Shown here: in pieces, positions 9,697-19,376 of the stretch
Layout: every line of letters starts with the position of its first letter
How positions within the stretch are numbered: position 1 is the stretch's first letter
NCBI GenBank assembly: GCA_027038965.1
Contig: JALWFG010000019.1
Location: 38,659 to 62,658, forward strand
Direction of reading: 5' to 3'
Length of the DNA stretch: 24,000 nucleotides
DNA from: Candidatus Desulfofervidaceae bacterium
GTDB lineage: Bacteria > Desulfobacterota > Desulfofervidia > Desulfofervidales > Desulfofervidaceae
Notes under the pieces: model-generated
What the model was told of the DNA's origin: nothing
What the model saw: the letters and a program-made list of their open reading frames with translations, nothing else
Database searches by the model: none
Program-made: the position numbers and the translations under genes

Positions 9697-10557
9697 ATGG
9701 CAGTGATTTGTCCCAAATGTGGAAGGCAATACGATATTACCTTACTTGATTTTCAAAGCCATATTATATGCGAATGTGGCTATAAGATTACCAAAGACGA
9801 CCTCCATCGTCACCACCTGTCCTTTACAGGTAAGGCGGATGTCTATGTGATTATTCCCGCCAGATATGCAGCTAAAAGATTTCCTGGAAAGCCCTTGGTG
9901 AAATGGAAAGGTTGCCCTCTTATCCAGCATGTCTACGAATGTGCGCTTAAGTCCACACTGGCTAAAGAAGTTATAGTGGCTACAGACGATGAACGTATTA
10001 TGAACGCCGTTACCTCCTTTGGAGGTAAGGCAATAATGACCTCGTCTAAACACCCTTCAGGGACAGATCGTTTGGCCGAAGCCGCCTCTTTATTAGGGCT
10101 CAAACCTGAAGATGTTGTTGTCAATGTTCAGGGGGATATGCCATTTTTTGATTCAGAGATTATTAAAGAAGTATCCCAGCCCCTTTTTGAAAATCCCCTT
10201 ATTTTTATGGCCACTTTGGCTCAAAAGATTGAAGAACCAAGAGAAATTTTTGATCCTAATTGCGTTAAAGTGGTGTTTGATATTCATGGCAAGGCCTTAT
10301 ATTTTTCCAGGGCCCCTATCCCCTATGACCGAGATAAAATGGGAGGGACCTATTTCAAACACCTAGGGATTTATGCCTACAGAAGACACTTTTTGGATAA
10401 ATTTGTTTGTCTTAAGCCGACCCCGTTAGAACAAATAGAAAAACTTGAGCAATTGAGGGCCTTGGAGCATGGTTATCATATCTTTGTGACTGAAACCTCA
10501 CATAAGGCCATAGATGTAAATACACCAGAGGATTTAAACCGTCTAGAAGAGGTGTAA
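9697..10557 (+). CDS. kdsB: 3-deoxy-manno-octulosonate cytidylyltransferase (CMP-KDO synthetase) with a ~50-aa N-terminal Cys4 zinc-ribbon-like extension
   Basis: VIIPARYAAKRFPGKPL, VATDDERI and SGTDRLAEAA motifs of KdsB begin only at residue ~51. Residues 1-50 carry CPKC-x16-CEC. A strong RBS (AAAGGGGAG) precedes the ATG at 9697. An internal in-frame GTG at 9847 is an alternative start. Confidence 0.92.
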   Translation: MAVICPKCGRQYDITLLDFQSHIICECGYKITKDDLHRHHLSFTGKADVYVIIPARYAAKRFPGKPLVKWKGCPLIQHVYECALKSTLAKEVIVATDDERIMNAVTSFGGKAIMTSSKHPSGTDRLAEAASLLGLKPEDVVVNVQGDMPFFDSEIIKEVSQPLFENPLIFMATLAQKIEEPREIFDPNCVKVVFDIHGKALYFSRAPIPYDRDKMGGTYFKHLGIYAYRRHFLDKFVCLKPTPLEQIEKLEQLRALEHGYHIFVTETSHKAIDVNTPEDLNRLEEV

Positions 10558-10561
10558 TGTC

Positions 10562-11425
10562 ATGTATTTACCTAAACCAATTTTAAAAAAACACCTTCTG
10601 AGGCTTCTAGAAGCCGATTTGGGCATGGGGGATATCACTACCAATGCCCTGTGTGGCGAGGAACTCTCCCAGGCAGTGATAATTTCCAAGAACGAACCAA
10701 GTTGTATTTTAGCAGGAGTAGAAGAAGTAGAGGCCTTGGCTGAAATATTTGAGATAAGGGCAGAGGTATTTTTAAAAGATGGGGATGAAATAAATCAAGG
10801 AGATATTATTTCAAGATTGGTAGGCAAGGCCAAGGATTTGTTGGCCTTAGAACGCACGGCCTTAAATTTGATGATGCGAATGAGTGCTATTGCCACCATG
10901 ACAAAAAAAATGCAAGGGCTTATAAATCAGGTGGGCAGCAGGTCTCGGATTGCGGCTACTAGGAAAACACTGCCTGGATTTATCTATTTTGACAAAAAGG
11001 CCGTGGCTATTGGAGGTGGGGACACTCATCGCCTTCATTTAGAAGATATGGTTCTTATAAAAGACAACCACATCATTCTAGCTGGGGGGATAGAAAAGGC
11101 CCTCAAGAGGGTAAAAGATAAGGTAAGTTTTAGCAAAAAGATAGAAATTGAGGTAAAAAATGAAACAGAGGCCGTTCAAGCGGCTAGGTTGGGTGCCGAC
11201 ATTGTGATGCTTGACAATTTTTCGCCCCTGGCAGTTAAGCAAACCATTTCTCTATTCGAAAAAGAAGGTTTAAGAGAGCGGGTTCTCATTGAAGTTTCAG
11301 GTAACATCAATGAACAAAATGTGGTAGAATATGCTAAAGCCAATCCTGATATTATTAGTTGTGGTGCCTTGACGCATTCAGTAAAGGCAGTAGATATGAG
11401 TATGAAGCTGATGATAATGGACTAA
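10562..11425 (+). CDS. nadC: Nicotinate-nucleotide pyrophosphorylase (quinolinate phosphoribosyltransferase)
   Basis: 287 aa with ATRKTLPGF, GGGDTHRLHL-DMVLIKDNHI and ADIVMLDNFSP motifs of the NadC/ModD family. GAGGTG RBS lies 7 nt upstream. Confidence 0.88.
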   Translation: MYLPKPILKKHLLRLLEADLGMGDITTNALCGEELSQAVIISKNEPSCILAGVEEVEALAEIFEIRAEVFLKDGDEINQGDIISRLVGKAKDLLALERTALNLMMRMSAIATMTKKMQGLINQVGSRSRIAATRKTLPGFIYFDKKAVAIGGGDTHRLHLEDMVLIKDNHIILAGGIEKALKRVKDKVSFSKKIEIEVKNETEAVQAARLGADIVMLDNFSPLAVKQTISLFEKEGLRERVLIEVSGNINEQNVVEYAKANPDIISCGALTHSVKAVDMSMKLMIMD

Positions 11426-11453
11426 GTCTTGTGAAGAGAAAAGGGGTCCCAAC

Positions 11454-12896
11454 ATGGGCTTAGAAATAGAACCGCTGGATAAATATAAATGGCGTATTCC
11501 CAAACAAGGGGATATGCGGACCGATGGAATTATTTATATTACAGCAGAGATGCTTGAGCTTATCAAACACGATGAAAGCATCAGGCAAGTGGCCAATGTG
11601 GCTTGTCTGCCAGGCATTGTTGGACCTTCAATGGCTATGCCTGATATCCATGCCGGCTACGGATTTCCGATTGGGGGTGTGGCCGCCTTTGATTTGGAAA
11701 GGGGAGTTATAAGCCCTGGAGGAGTGGGGTATGATATCAATTGTGGGGTACGCCTATTGCGCTCCAATTTAGAAAAGGAGGAAGTTCTACCCCTTATTGA
11801 AGATTTAGTAGATACCCTATTTGTGAATATTCCTACCGGAGTAGGTTCTTCTCGCAAGGACTTTAGGTTAAAGCAAACCGAATTAAAAAAGGTCTTGAAA
11901 AATGGTGCAAAATGGGCTGTCAGTAAAGGTTTTGGAAGTCAGAGAGACTTGGAACATATTGAGGCTGGAGGGTGCCTACCCCAAGCTGATCCCCAATTGG
12001 TTTCTAAAAAGGCCTACGAAAGGGGTAAAAGCCAGCTTGGTACCCTAGGTTCAGGCAATCATTTTGTAGAAGTGGGTTATGTAGATGAAATTTACCACGA
12101 AGAAATTGCACAAAAGATAGGACTTTTTAAAAACCAAGTGACAGTCATTGTCCATACAGGTTCTAGAGGATTGGGTCATCAGGTTTGCGATGACTATATT
12201 AAGGTGATGCTTAAGGCATCTGCTAAATATGGTATTAAGCTTCCAGATAGACAACTTTGCTGCGCTCCAATAAAATCCCCTGAAGGACAGGAGTACCTGG
12301 CGGCTATGGCCTGTGCTGCCAACTTTGCCTTTGCCAATCGGCAGATGATTACCCATTGGATAAGGGAAACCTTTGAGGGATTATTCAAAAAATCTTATGA
12401 AGAACTAGGACTCGATCTCATTTACGATGTTTGTCATAACATTGCTAAGATAGAAAGGCATGTTTACCAGGGGCAATCAGTTACCCTTTGTGTGCATCGC
12501 AAGGGTGCTACTAGGGCATTTGCTCCAGGACATCCTGAGGTTCCATTGGCCTATAGAGAAATAGGACAACCAGTCTTAATACCTGGAGATATGGGTAGGT
12601 ATTCCTATGTCCTGGTAGGGACTCAAAAGGCCATGGAGGAAACTTTTGGCAGTACTTGCCATGGAGCAGGCCGGGTAATGAGCCGCCATCAAGCCATTAA
12701 AATGGCTAAAGGGCAGAATATTGCCGCCCAAATGAAGGGGAAGGGGATATATGTAAGGAGTGCCGGGAGGAGAACCCTAATAGAGGAAATCTCTGAGGCC
12801 TATAAGGATGTGAGTGATGTAGTTGAGGTAGTGCATGGAGCAGGCCTTGCCAAAAAGGTAGCCAGACTAAAACCTTTGGGGGTGATTAAGGGATAG
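11454..12896 (+). CDS. rtcB: RNA 3'-phosphate/2',3'-cyclic phosphate ligase RtcB
   Basis: 480 aa with [28 protein letters not shown] and the C-terminal CHGAGR motif that holds the nucleophilic His. Classic RtcB. Confidence 0.97.
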   Translation: MGLEIEPLDKYKWRIPKQGDMRTDGIIYITAEMLELIKHDESIRQVANVACLPGIVGPSMAMPDIHAGYGFPIGGVAAFDLERGVISPGGVGYDINCGVRLLRSNLEKEEVLPLIEDLVDTLFVNIPTGVGSSRKDFRLKQTELKKVLKNGAKWAVSKGFGSQRDLEHIEAGGCLPQADPQLVSKKAYERGKSQLGTLGSGNHFVEVGYVDEIYHEEIAQKIGLFKNQVTVIVHTGSRGLGHQVCDDYIKVMLKASAKYGIKLPDRQLCCAPIKSPEGQEYLAAMACAANFAFANRQMITHWIRETFEGLFKKSYEELGLDLIYDVCHNIAKIERHVYQGQSVTLCVHRKGATRAFAPGHPEVPLAYREIGQPVLIPGDMGRYSYVLVGTQKAMEETFGSTCHGAGRVMSRHQAIKMAKGQNIAAQMKGKGIYVRSAGRRTLIEEISEAYKDVSDVVEVVHGAGLAKKVARLKPLGVIKG

Positions 12897-12898
12897 AA

Positions 12899-14428
12899 AT
12901 GTTAGCCTCAATTTTGAGCAGTGCGGTTTGGGGGATAGAGGCCTATCCAGTAGAAGTAGAGGTGGACATTCAGCAGGGATTGCCTGCTTGGACCATAGTA
13001 GGACTGCCTGATCCCGTCGTAAAAGAAAGCAAAGAGCGAATAAGGTCAGCTATCAAAAATTGTAGTTACAAATTCCCTTCAGAGCGCATTACCATTAATT
13101 TGGCTCCAGCCTCACGAAAGAAAGAGGGCTCAGCCTTTGACTTGCCTATTGCTATTGGGCTTTTGGTAGCCAATGGTCATATTAAAGGCAGTCATATAAA
13201 CAAGTATCTCTTTTTAGGGGAACTATCCCTGGATGGGAGTGTGAAGCGGGTAAGAGGTGTTCTCCCCATAGCCCTTTTAGCAAAAGAATTGGATGTAAAG
13301 GGAATAATCATTCCCATTGAAAATGTTGCCGAAGCGGCCATTGTGCCTGCAATAGAAGTGATTGGAGCAAGACATCTTACTGAGGTGGTTGAGTTTTTGA
13401 ACGGATTAAAAGACTTACCCAAGATAAGCCTTGAGCCGAAAGAGGTTTTTAATAGCTCAGAGGTAGATGATGTTGATTTCCAAGAAATAAAGGGTCAAAC
13501 TCATGCCAAAAGGGCACTTGAAATTGCTGCGGCTGGCGGCCATAATGTCCTTATGGTAGGTCCTCCAGGAACTGGGAAAACCATGCTGGCGAGGCGGCTC
13601 CCCACCATTCTTCCACCGCTTAGCTTTGAGGAGGCCCTTGAAACCACCCGCATTTATAGTGTCGCGGGGCTTTTGCCTCCAGGGCATTCCTTAATTGCTA
13701 GAAGACCATTTCGAGCGCCGCATCATACCATCTCTGACGCGGGGCTTATTGGAGGAGGCCAGATTCCCAGGCCTGGAGAGGTTACCCTGGCCCATAATGG
13801 GGTTCTCTTTCTTGATGAGCTTCCTGAGTTTAAACGCCATGTTTTGGAGGTCTTAAGGCAACCGCTTGAAGACGGCGAAGTAACCATTTCTAGAGCAGGG
13901 GCCAGCATGACCTATCCGGCAAGATTCCTCTTAGTAGCTGCGATGAATCCCTGTCCATGTGGCTATTTAGGAGATTCAAGACATCAATGCACTTGTTCCT
14001 ATGCTCAAATTAGGCGTTATAGGGCAAAGATATCAGGTCCTCTTTTGGACAGAATTGATTTGCATATTGAGGTTCCGTCTGTAGATTGTAAAGAATTAAA
14101 GCAGATTCCAGAGGGAGAGACGTCTGCTGAAATCAGGAAAAGGGTAATAGCGGCCCGAAATATACAACTAAGACGTTTTCATAATCTTGGCATTTACTGT
14201 AATGCCCAAATGGGAGTCAAGATGATTGATGAATTTTGCCAGCTAGATCAAGAGGGGCAAAGATTGTTAGACACAGCTATGGAGAGATTGGGACTAAGTG
14301 CCCGGGCTTATATGCGTATTTTGAAAATTGCAAGGACTATTGCTGACTTAGAAGGGGAAAAGAAGATTTTGCCCCAGCATATTGCCGAAGCCATTCAGTA
14401 TAGGTCTTTGGATAGAGAAATCAGCTAA
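12899..14428 (+). CDS. yifB: YifB/ComM-family Mg-chelatase-like AAA+ ATPase
   Basis: 509 aa. N-terminal Lon-protease-like ChlI domain, Walker [11 protein letters not shown], Walker [11 protein letters not shown], Cys cluster CPCGY...C.C, and the C-terminal Mg_chelatase_C-like region [18 protein letters not shown]. The start lies 2 nt after the rtcB stop. Confidence 0.93.
   Translation: MLASILSSAVWGIEAYPVEVEVDIQQGLPAWTIVGLPDPVVKESKERIRSAIKNCSYKFPSERITINLAPASRKKEGSAFDLPIAIGLLVANGHIKGSHINKYLFLGELSLDGSVKRVRGVLPIALLAKELDVKGIIIPIENVAEAAIVPAIEVIGARHLTEVVEFLNGLKDLPKISLEPKEVFNSSEVDDVDFQEIKGQTHAKRALEIAAAGGHNVLMVGPPGTGKTMLARRLPTILPPLSFEEALETTRIYSVAGLLPPGHSLIARRPFRAPHHTISDAGLIGGGQIPRPGEVTLAHNGVLFLDELPEFKRHVLEVLRQPLEDGEVTISRAGASMTYPARFLLVAAMNPCPCGYLGDSRHQCTCSYAQIRRYRAKISGPLLDRIDLHIEVPSVDCKELKQIPEGETSAEIRKRVIAARNIQLRRFHNLGIYCNAQMGVKMIDEFCQLDQEGQRLLDTAMERLGLSARAYMRILKIARTIADLEGEKKILPQHIAEAIQYRSLDREIS
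14360..14428 (+). repeat. Left copy of 69-nt imperfect direct repeat (functional 3' end of yifB: last 22 codons + stop)
   Basis: Aligns without gaps to 21531-21599 with 60/69 identities. Encodes [22 protein letters not shown]. Confidence 0.9.
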
Positions 14429-14530
14429 AGCGCGTGGGGACGAGACATATTTTAAACCGGATAGGTTTTCATGTTGTCTCGCAAGGCCGATTAGGGGGGA
14501 GGTTTTCCCTGCCCCCTTTGGCCTTTGGTC

Positions 14531-15061
14531 TTAACCTAGGATGGCCTTCTGAAACTCCTCAAAACCTATCCTGTCAATAAATCTTCCCAATCGTTCTCCC
14601 TTTTTGGCGTTTTTTTCATAGAAGTTGATGATCTTATCAGCCAGTTGCAGGGCCTCTTCAGAGGAAACATTGTCGGTAAGCTTGCGGGCCAGCATAGGAC
14701 GGGCACCGCCACAGCCACCTACTAGCACAGTCCACCCCTTGGGCTTGCCCACAAAGCCCAAGTCTTTGATGCAGGTCTCCGCACACTGGTTGATACAACC
14801 CGAAACCCCGATCTTGAACTTGGTAGGGAGGGCATAACCGTGGTAGCGTTTATCCAGCTCAGCTCCCAGGGCCAGGGAATCCTGCTGCCCCAGGCGGCAA
14901 AAGGTGGTGCCGGGACAGACCCTGATGCTGCGGATACAGCCCCCCACCGCCGCCCCAGGGTTAACTCCAAGTTCTTCCCAAACCTTATCAATGTCCTCTT
15001 CTTTTAGCCCCACCAGGGCGATGCGGTCGGCACTGGGAAAAAGCTTGGTAGAGACAGGCAA
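14531..15061 (-). pseudogene. 5'-truncated nitrite/sulfite reductase-like (siroheme/4Fe-4S domain) gene remnant
   Basis: Carries the C-x5-C (CIRSIRVCPGTTFC) and C-x3-C (SGCINQCAETC) cluster-ligand motifs and the C-terminal ERLGRFIDRIGFEEF tail. No ATG is present, only a TTG. An in-frame stop lies 3 codons upstream (15071-15073). Most of the N-terminal ferredoxin-like half-domain seems to be missing. Confidence 0.6.
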
Positions 15062-15065
15062 GAAT

Positions 15066-15122
15066 GAGGGCTAAAGGCTGAGGCAAGAGCAAAGGCAAAG
15101 GGCTAAAAGGCTAAAGGAAAGA
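15066..15122. repeat. Purine-rich low-complexity tract with degenerate GGC(T/A)AA(A)GG units
   Basis: GGCTAAAGG at 15069-15077 and 15109-15117, GGCTAAAAGG at 15101-15110, with GGCAAGAG/GGCAAAGG in between. It sits exactly at the truncation point of the reductase remnant. Confidence 0.6.
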
Positions 15123-15177
15123 CTTTGCGTCATTTGCTTTTTTTACAGGCCAGGTGTTTGTATGGGCCCTTAACCTC

Positions 15178-18100
15178 TTAAGCAGACCTTCTGTTTCTAA
15201 AGCGACGCGCCAGGGTCAGGAGCTTATCTAGCAGGGCATAGAAGAGGGGCACGTAGACCAGGGTGAGGATGGTGCCCACGAGGAGGCCACTGATGGCCAC
15301 TACCGCCAGCGGGGAGAGCCTTTCCAGGCCGATGGCCCACTCGGCGGCGATGGGGATCATCCCGGTAATGGTGGAAAGGGCGGTCATGAGGATGGGGCGG
15401 GTTCGGGCCCGGATGGCCCCTTCGATGGCGGTATAGAGGTCAGCCCCGCTTTTCCTGGCCCGCTCGATGAAGTCCAAGAGCAGGATGGAGTTGTTTACCA
15501 CCACGCCTGAAAGGAGGATCATGCCCATGGAGGCCGGCATACAGAAATGTCGCCCCACCAGGAGGAGCCCCCAGATGGCCCCGATGAGCGCCAGCGGTAT
15601 GGCCACCATGATGGTCAACGGGTGCCTGAAGGAGTGAAAGGTGGGCACCAGGGAAAAATAGAGCAGGATCAGGGAGAGGATCAGGGCCTTCTTTAACCGG
15701 CCAAAGGATTCCTTCATGGGCTTGATTTCACCCTCCTGGGAGAGGCGAAACCCCGCGGGGACAGGGAGGCCTTTGAGCGCCCTTTCTACCCCGGCCTGGA
15801 GGTGGCTTATGGCGGTCTTGCGGCGGTAACCCAGGACGTCGATTACCGGGGAGAGGTTTTCCCGGACGATGATCCCACGCACGAAGGTCGCCTGCACCTG
15901 GGCCAGTTCCCTCAAAGGCACCGGCCCCTCGCGGGTGGGGACAAAGGTGTCCAGGAGGTCCGAAAGCGAAGACCGTTCTCTCTCGGGAAAGCGCAGGAGA
16001 ATACGGTAGGGTCGTTCTTCTGGGACGCGCCAGAGCGAGGCCTTGGCCCCGGCAAAGGCGGCGGAGAGCTCCTTGGCCAGGGCCTGAGGGGAGAGGCCGT
16101 AGCGGGCGAGTTTTTCAAGCTTAGGCCTGATCCAGTATTCCTGGCGGTCAAAGTCCCAGGTGTGAGAGAGGCTTACCAGCCCTCGCACGCGGTGGAGCCT
16201 GCTTTCGACTTCTAGGGCCAGCTTGTGGAGGAGATAGGGATCTCGCCCGGAGATCATCACGTCTATCGGGGCGGCGATGGAGGAGAGCGGGGTGGCACCA
16301 AACTCGAAGACATGCAGGCTCTTTAGCCCCGGAATTTTCAGAAAGTCGCGATAGAGCCGGTCTTCTATAGTCCAAATGGATTCTTTGCGATGGAAGCGAT
16401 CCACGAAATGCGCCGTGATGACCCCCTGCCGCGGGGTGCGATCCGCCCCGAAACTGATGACCCCGGGCTCAGAGCCCATGACGGTGGCCATGCGGATGAA
16501 GCCAGGTGTTTTTTTGATGCGGTCTTCCATCTCCCGAATGATCCCCTCGGCTTCTTCGATGGGGGTATTCGGGGCAACTTCAAAAGAGACTTTGATAATC
16601 CCGGTATCCATAGGGGGCATGAGGTCCCGGCCCACGAGCGGCATGATCTTCTTGGCACTGAACCCTAGAAGGGCGATGGCTGGCAGGATGAGGAGCAGTT
16701 TGTAGCGCATACCAAAACGAAACAGGGCCAGATAGAAGCTCCGCAGCCTTTCAAGAAAGGCCTCGCTTACGCGGGAAAGGACTTTTTCTAGCCGGGAGCT
16801 CTCGCCGCGGTGCAGCACGTACGGGGCTAGCAAGGGAATAATGGTCACCGAGACCACATAGGAGGCGGAAAGGGCCATGGTGAGCACCACCGCCAGCTCG
16901 CGCAGGATCTTTTCCACGTAGCCACCCACGAACATGATGGGGATGAGGACCAGAATAGTGGTGAAGGTGCCGGAGAAATCGGTGAGCATGATCTCTTTGG
17001 TGCCGGAGATGGCGGCTTCCTTGGGGGAGAGCCCCTTTTCCCGGAGGTGTCTTTCAATGTTTTCCGCCACTACGATGGAGTCGTCTACCAAGAGCCCTAC
17101 CGCCAGGATGACCGCCGTCATGGTGACGATGTTGAGCTCCATCCCGAAGAGCTTCATGAGAAAGAAGGTCAGGAAGTAGGTCACCGGGATGGAGACGGCG
17201 GCCAGAAGCGTGGCCCTTACCCGGGCCATGAGGAGGAAGATCACCGCCACGGTGAGGATGATGGCGTCCCGCAGGGCCCCGATGAGGTTGGAGACTGAGG
17301 TGCGAATGATATTTTCCTGGGTATCGGCGATGGAAAAACGCAGCCGGGGGTATTGTGGAGCCAAGCGTTTGAGGGCCTCTCTGGCGGCCTTGATGGTGGC
17401 CATCACGTTTCCGTTCTCTGGCCGGAGGATATTGATGGCAATGGCTGGGGCGCCGTTACCGTGAAAGAGACTCGCGCGGTCGGCGTGGGTCACGTGGATC
17501 TTGGCGATATCCCGCAGGTGTATGGCCTCGCCGTGGTGGGGAATGGTGAGCGTGGCCAATCTTTCGGGCTCGCGCACCTCTCCGGCTAGCTTGATGAAGA
17601 TCTCCTTGCGATTGGTGCGGATCACCCCGGAGGGGAGATTGGCGTTTTCGGCATAGAGGGCGGCTGAGACGTCTGCCAGGCTTAGGCCGTAGCGGGCAAG
17701 CGCCTCCCGGTCCACCTCTATCAGAACCTCGGGCTCGTAACCGCCGAAGACTTCCACGTCACCGATCTCGGGGACGTTTAGCAGCGCGGGCTTGATATAC
17801 TCCTTGGTAAGCCGTCTGACCTCGGAGAGACTGAGATTCGAACCTTCCTTAGGCCTTACGGCCACGGTCATCACCGGGGTGGTGGCGTCACTCACCTTGA
17901 AGATCCGGGGCGGCAGGAGCCCCGGGGGGAGGTCACTCAAGATGCGGTCAAGGGCGGCGGAGACGTCTACCTGGGCGGCGGAAAGGCCCTTTTCGTAGTC
18001 GAATTCTACCGAGACCACGGCCACCCCGTCCCGGGAGACCGAGCGCACCTTGCGCACCAAAGAAAGCGTGGCAAGCTCTTTCTCTACCGGGATGGCCACT

Positions 18101-18285
18101 TGTCTCTCCAGATCCTCTGCCGAGGCCCCAGGAAGCTGAAGGACCACCACCACCCGGGGATAATTGGCGTCGGGGAAGAGATTGAGGGGCAACTCCCGGA
18201 AGCTTTTGATCCCGAGTACTACCCCGAGGAAGAGGAGGGCCAGGATGAGATGGGGATATTTGAGGTAACGTTCTACCAGGTTCAT
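15178..18285 (-). CDS. RND efflux transporter permease subunit (AcrB/HAE1-like)
   Basis: 1035 aa with 12-TM RND topology. The TM4 motif LAVGLLVDDSIVVAENIERH is AcrB-like. There are large periplasmic loops after TM1 and TM7. Confidence 0.95.
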   Translation of the reverse strand: MNLVERYLKYPHLILALLFLGVVLGIKSFRELPLNLFPDANYPRVVVVLQLPGASAEDLERQVAIPVEKELATLSLVRKVRSVSRDGVAVVSVEFDYEKGLSAAQVDVSAALDRILSDLPPGLLPPRIFKVSDATTPVMTVAVRPKEGSNLSLSEVRRLTKEYIKPALLNVPEIGDVEVFGGYEPEVLIEVDREALARYGLSLADVSAALYAENANLPSGVIRTNRKEIFIKLAGEVREPERLATLTIPHHGEAIHLRDIAKIHVTHADRASLFHGNGAPAIAINILRPENGNVMATIKAAREALKRLAPQYPRLRFSIADTQENIIRTSVSNLIGALRDAIILTVAVIFLLMARVRATLLAAVSIPVTYFLTFFLMKLFGMELNIVTMTAVILAVGLLVDDSIVVAENIERHLREKGLSPKEAAISGTKEIMLTDFSGTFTTILVLIPIMFVGGYVEKILRELAVVLTMALSASYVVSVTIIPLLAPYVLHRGESSRLEKVLSRVSEAFLERLRSFYLALFRFGMRYKLLLILPAIALLGFSAKKIMPLVGRDLMPPMDTGIIKVSFEVAPNTPIEEAEGIIREMEDRIKKTPGFIRMATVMGSEPGVISFGADRTPRQGVITAHFVDRFHRKESIWTIEDRLYRDFLKIPGLKSLHVFEFGATPLSSIAAPIDVMISGRDPYLLHKLALEVESRLHRVRGLVSLSHTWDFDRQEYWIRPKLEKLARYGLSPQALAKELSAAFAGAKASLWRVPEERPYRILLRFPERERSSLSDLLDTFVPTREGPVPLRELAQVQATFVRGIIVRENLSPVIDVLGYRRKTAISHLQAGVERALKGLPVPAGFRLSQEGEIKPMKESFGRLKKALILSLILLYFSLVPTFHSFRHPLTIMVAIPLALIGAIWGLLLVGRHFCMPASMGMILLSGVVVNNSILLLDFIERARKSGADLYTAIEGAIRARTRPILMTALSTITGMIPIAAEWAIGLERLSPLAVVAISGLLVGTILTLVYVPLFYALLDKLLTLARRFRNRRSA

Positions 18286-19376
18286 GAGCCCCTCGTGATC
18301 ACCCTCTGTCCGGGATGAAGCCTTAAGAGGAGCCCTGGATCGCCCACGACCACGGGCTCGCCGGGCACGAGTTTGCCCTTAAGCACGACCTGGTCGGCAC
18401 TCTGTCCCAGCACCTCCACCGGCACCAACACCAGCCGCTCCTCCCGCACCACATAGACGGCAGGATTTTTTCCCGGTACCAGGGCCTTGAGGGGCAGAAC
18501 GAAGCCCTCGGGTTCTTTGAAGACGAGATCGACCCCCACCGAGGCCCCGGAGGGGAGGCCAAAGGGGCGCTCTTTGAGACGAATCTCGGCGGTGGCCAGG
18601 GCCTCCTCCCCCACCGCCGGATGCACCCGAAACACCCTGGCCGCCTGCCGCCTTTTCCCCAAGGTGAGGTAGGCCTTGGTGCCCCGGGCCAGGAGGCCGG
18701 CCTTTTCCTGGGGAATCTTTACCAACACGCGGTAGCCGGCCTGCGGGTCTTCAAGCTCAAGGATAGGGGTCCCGGGGGTGGCCAAGTCACCAGGGTCTTT
18801 GAAGCGTTTGGTCACCACCCCGGAGAAAGGGGCGGTGATCCGGGCGTAAGTGAGATCGGCCTTCACCGCGGCCATTTCCTGGCGGAGCTGTACCACCCGG
18901 GCCTTGGCCAGCTCAAAGGCGCTTTTTGAGAGATCGAAGGCCTCCTGGGAGATGGCCTCGTGGGCCAAGAGCTTTTGATTGCGCCGCAAGATCGCCTCCC
19001 GGGTGAGAAGGTCGCTTTGGGCGGCGTTGAGTTCGGCCTTGAGGGTGGCCAGGCGCGTAAGCAAGCCCTTGGCCTCGATCTCGACCAGGAGTTCTCCCTT
19101 TTTGACCGGGTCGCCTTCGTACTTGGTGACTTTTAAAAGGTAGCCGGTGAGCTTGGTGGAGAGGCTTGCGGATCTAAGGGGTCTGATGGTCCCTAAGTAA
19201 TGTTCTCTGATCTCGAGCCGTCCTTTCTTGACCAAGGCGGTTTTCACGGGGAGGGGGACCTTTGGTGGTGGCGGGGTCTTTTCTAGGGCGGCCTTTTTCA
19301 TCTTTACCAGACGTGCTGCCCCGGCCACGAGGGCCAATATCACCAGAATGGTAAGCAAGAGCTGGGATTTTTTCAT
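18282..19376 (-). CDS. RND efflux periplasmic adaptor (membrane fusion protein, HlyD family)
   Basis: 364 aa with an N-terminal membrane anchor, lipoyl-like GDPVKKGELLVEIE, a coiled-coil hairpin and a beta-barrel C-terminus. The stop overlaps the RND start (ATGA). Confidence 0.9.
   Translation of the reverse strand: MKKSQLLLTILVILALVAGAARLVKMKKAALEKTPPPPKVPLPVKTALVKKGRLEIREHYLGTIRPLRSASLSTKLTGYLLKVTKYEGDPVKKGELLVEIEAKGLLTRLATLKAELNAAQSDLLTREAILRRNQKLLAHEAISQEAFDLSKSAFELAKARVVQLRQEMAAVKADLTYARITAPFSGVVTKRFKDPGDLATPGTPILELEDPQAGYRVLVKIPQEKAGLLARGTKAYLTLGKRRQAARVFRVHPAVGEEALATAEIRLKERPFGLPSGASVGVDLVFKEPEGFVLPLKALVPGKNPAVYVVREERLVLVPVEVLGQSADQVVLKGKLVPGEPVVVGDPGLLLRLHPGQRVITRGS

Noticed and set aside
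449-13908. Short ORFs nested inside or antisense to backbone genes (449-634, 1086-1280, 3182-3379, 4197-4427, 5422-5667, 6930-7181, 7725-8190, 9742-10124, 12051-12388, 13192-13908 and others).
   Set aside because: They lie wholly inside well-supported conserved genes, and they have no RBS, no recognisable motifs and a junk-like composition.
14441-14517. Two hairpins between yifB and the reductase remnant: CGAGACA/TGTCTCG at 14441-14481, and a 9-bp stem with one mismatch at 14493-14517. Considered as a bidirectional terminator.
   Set aside because: Neither is followed by a proper U-tract on either strand. They may still be structured island-end sequence, but I cannot call them terminators.
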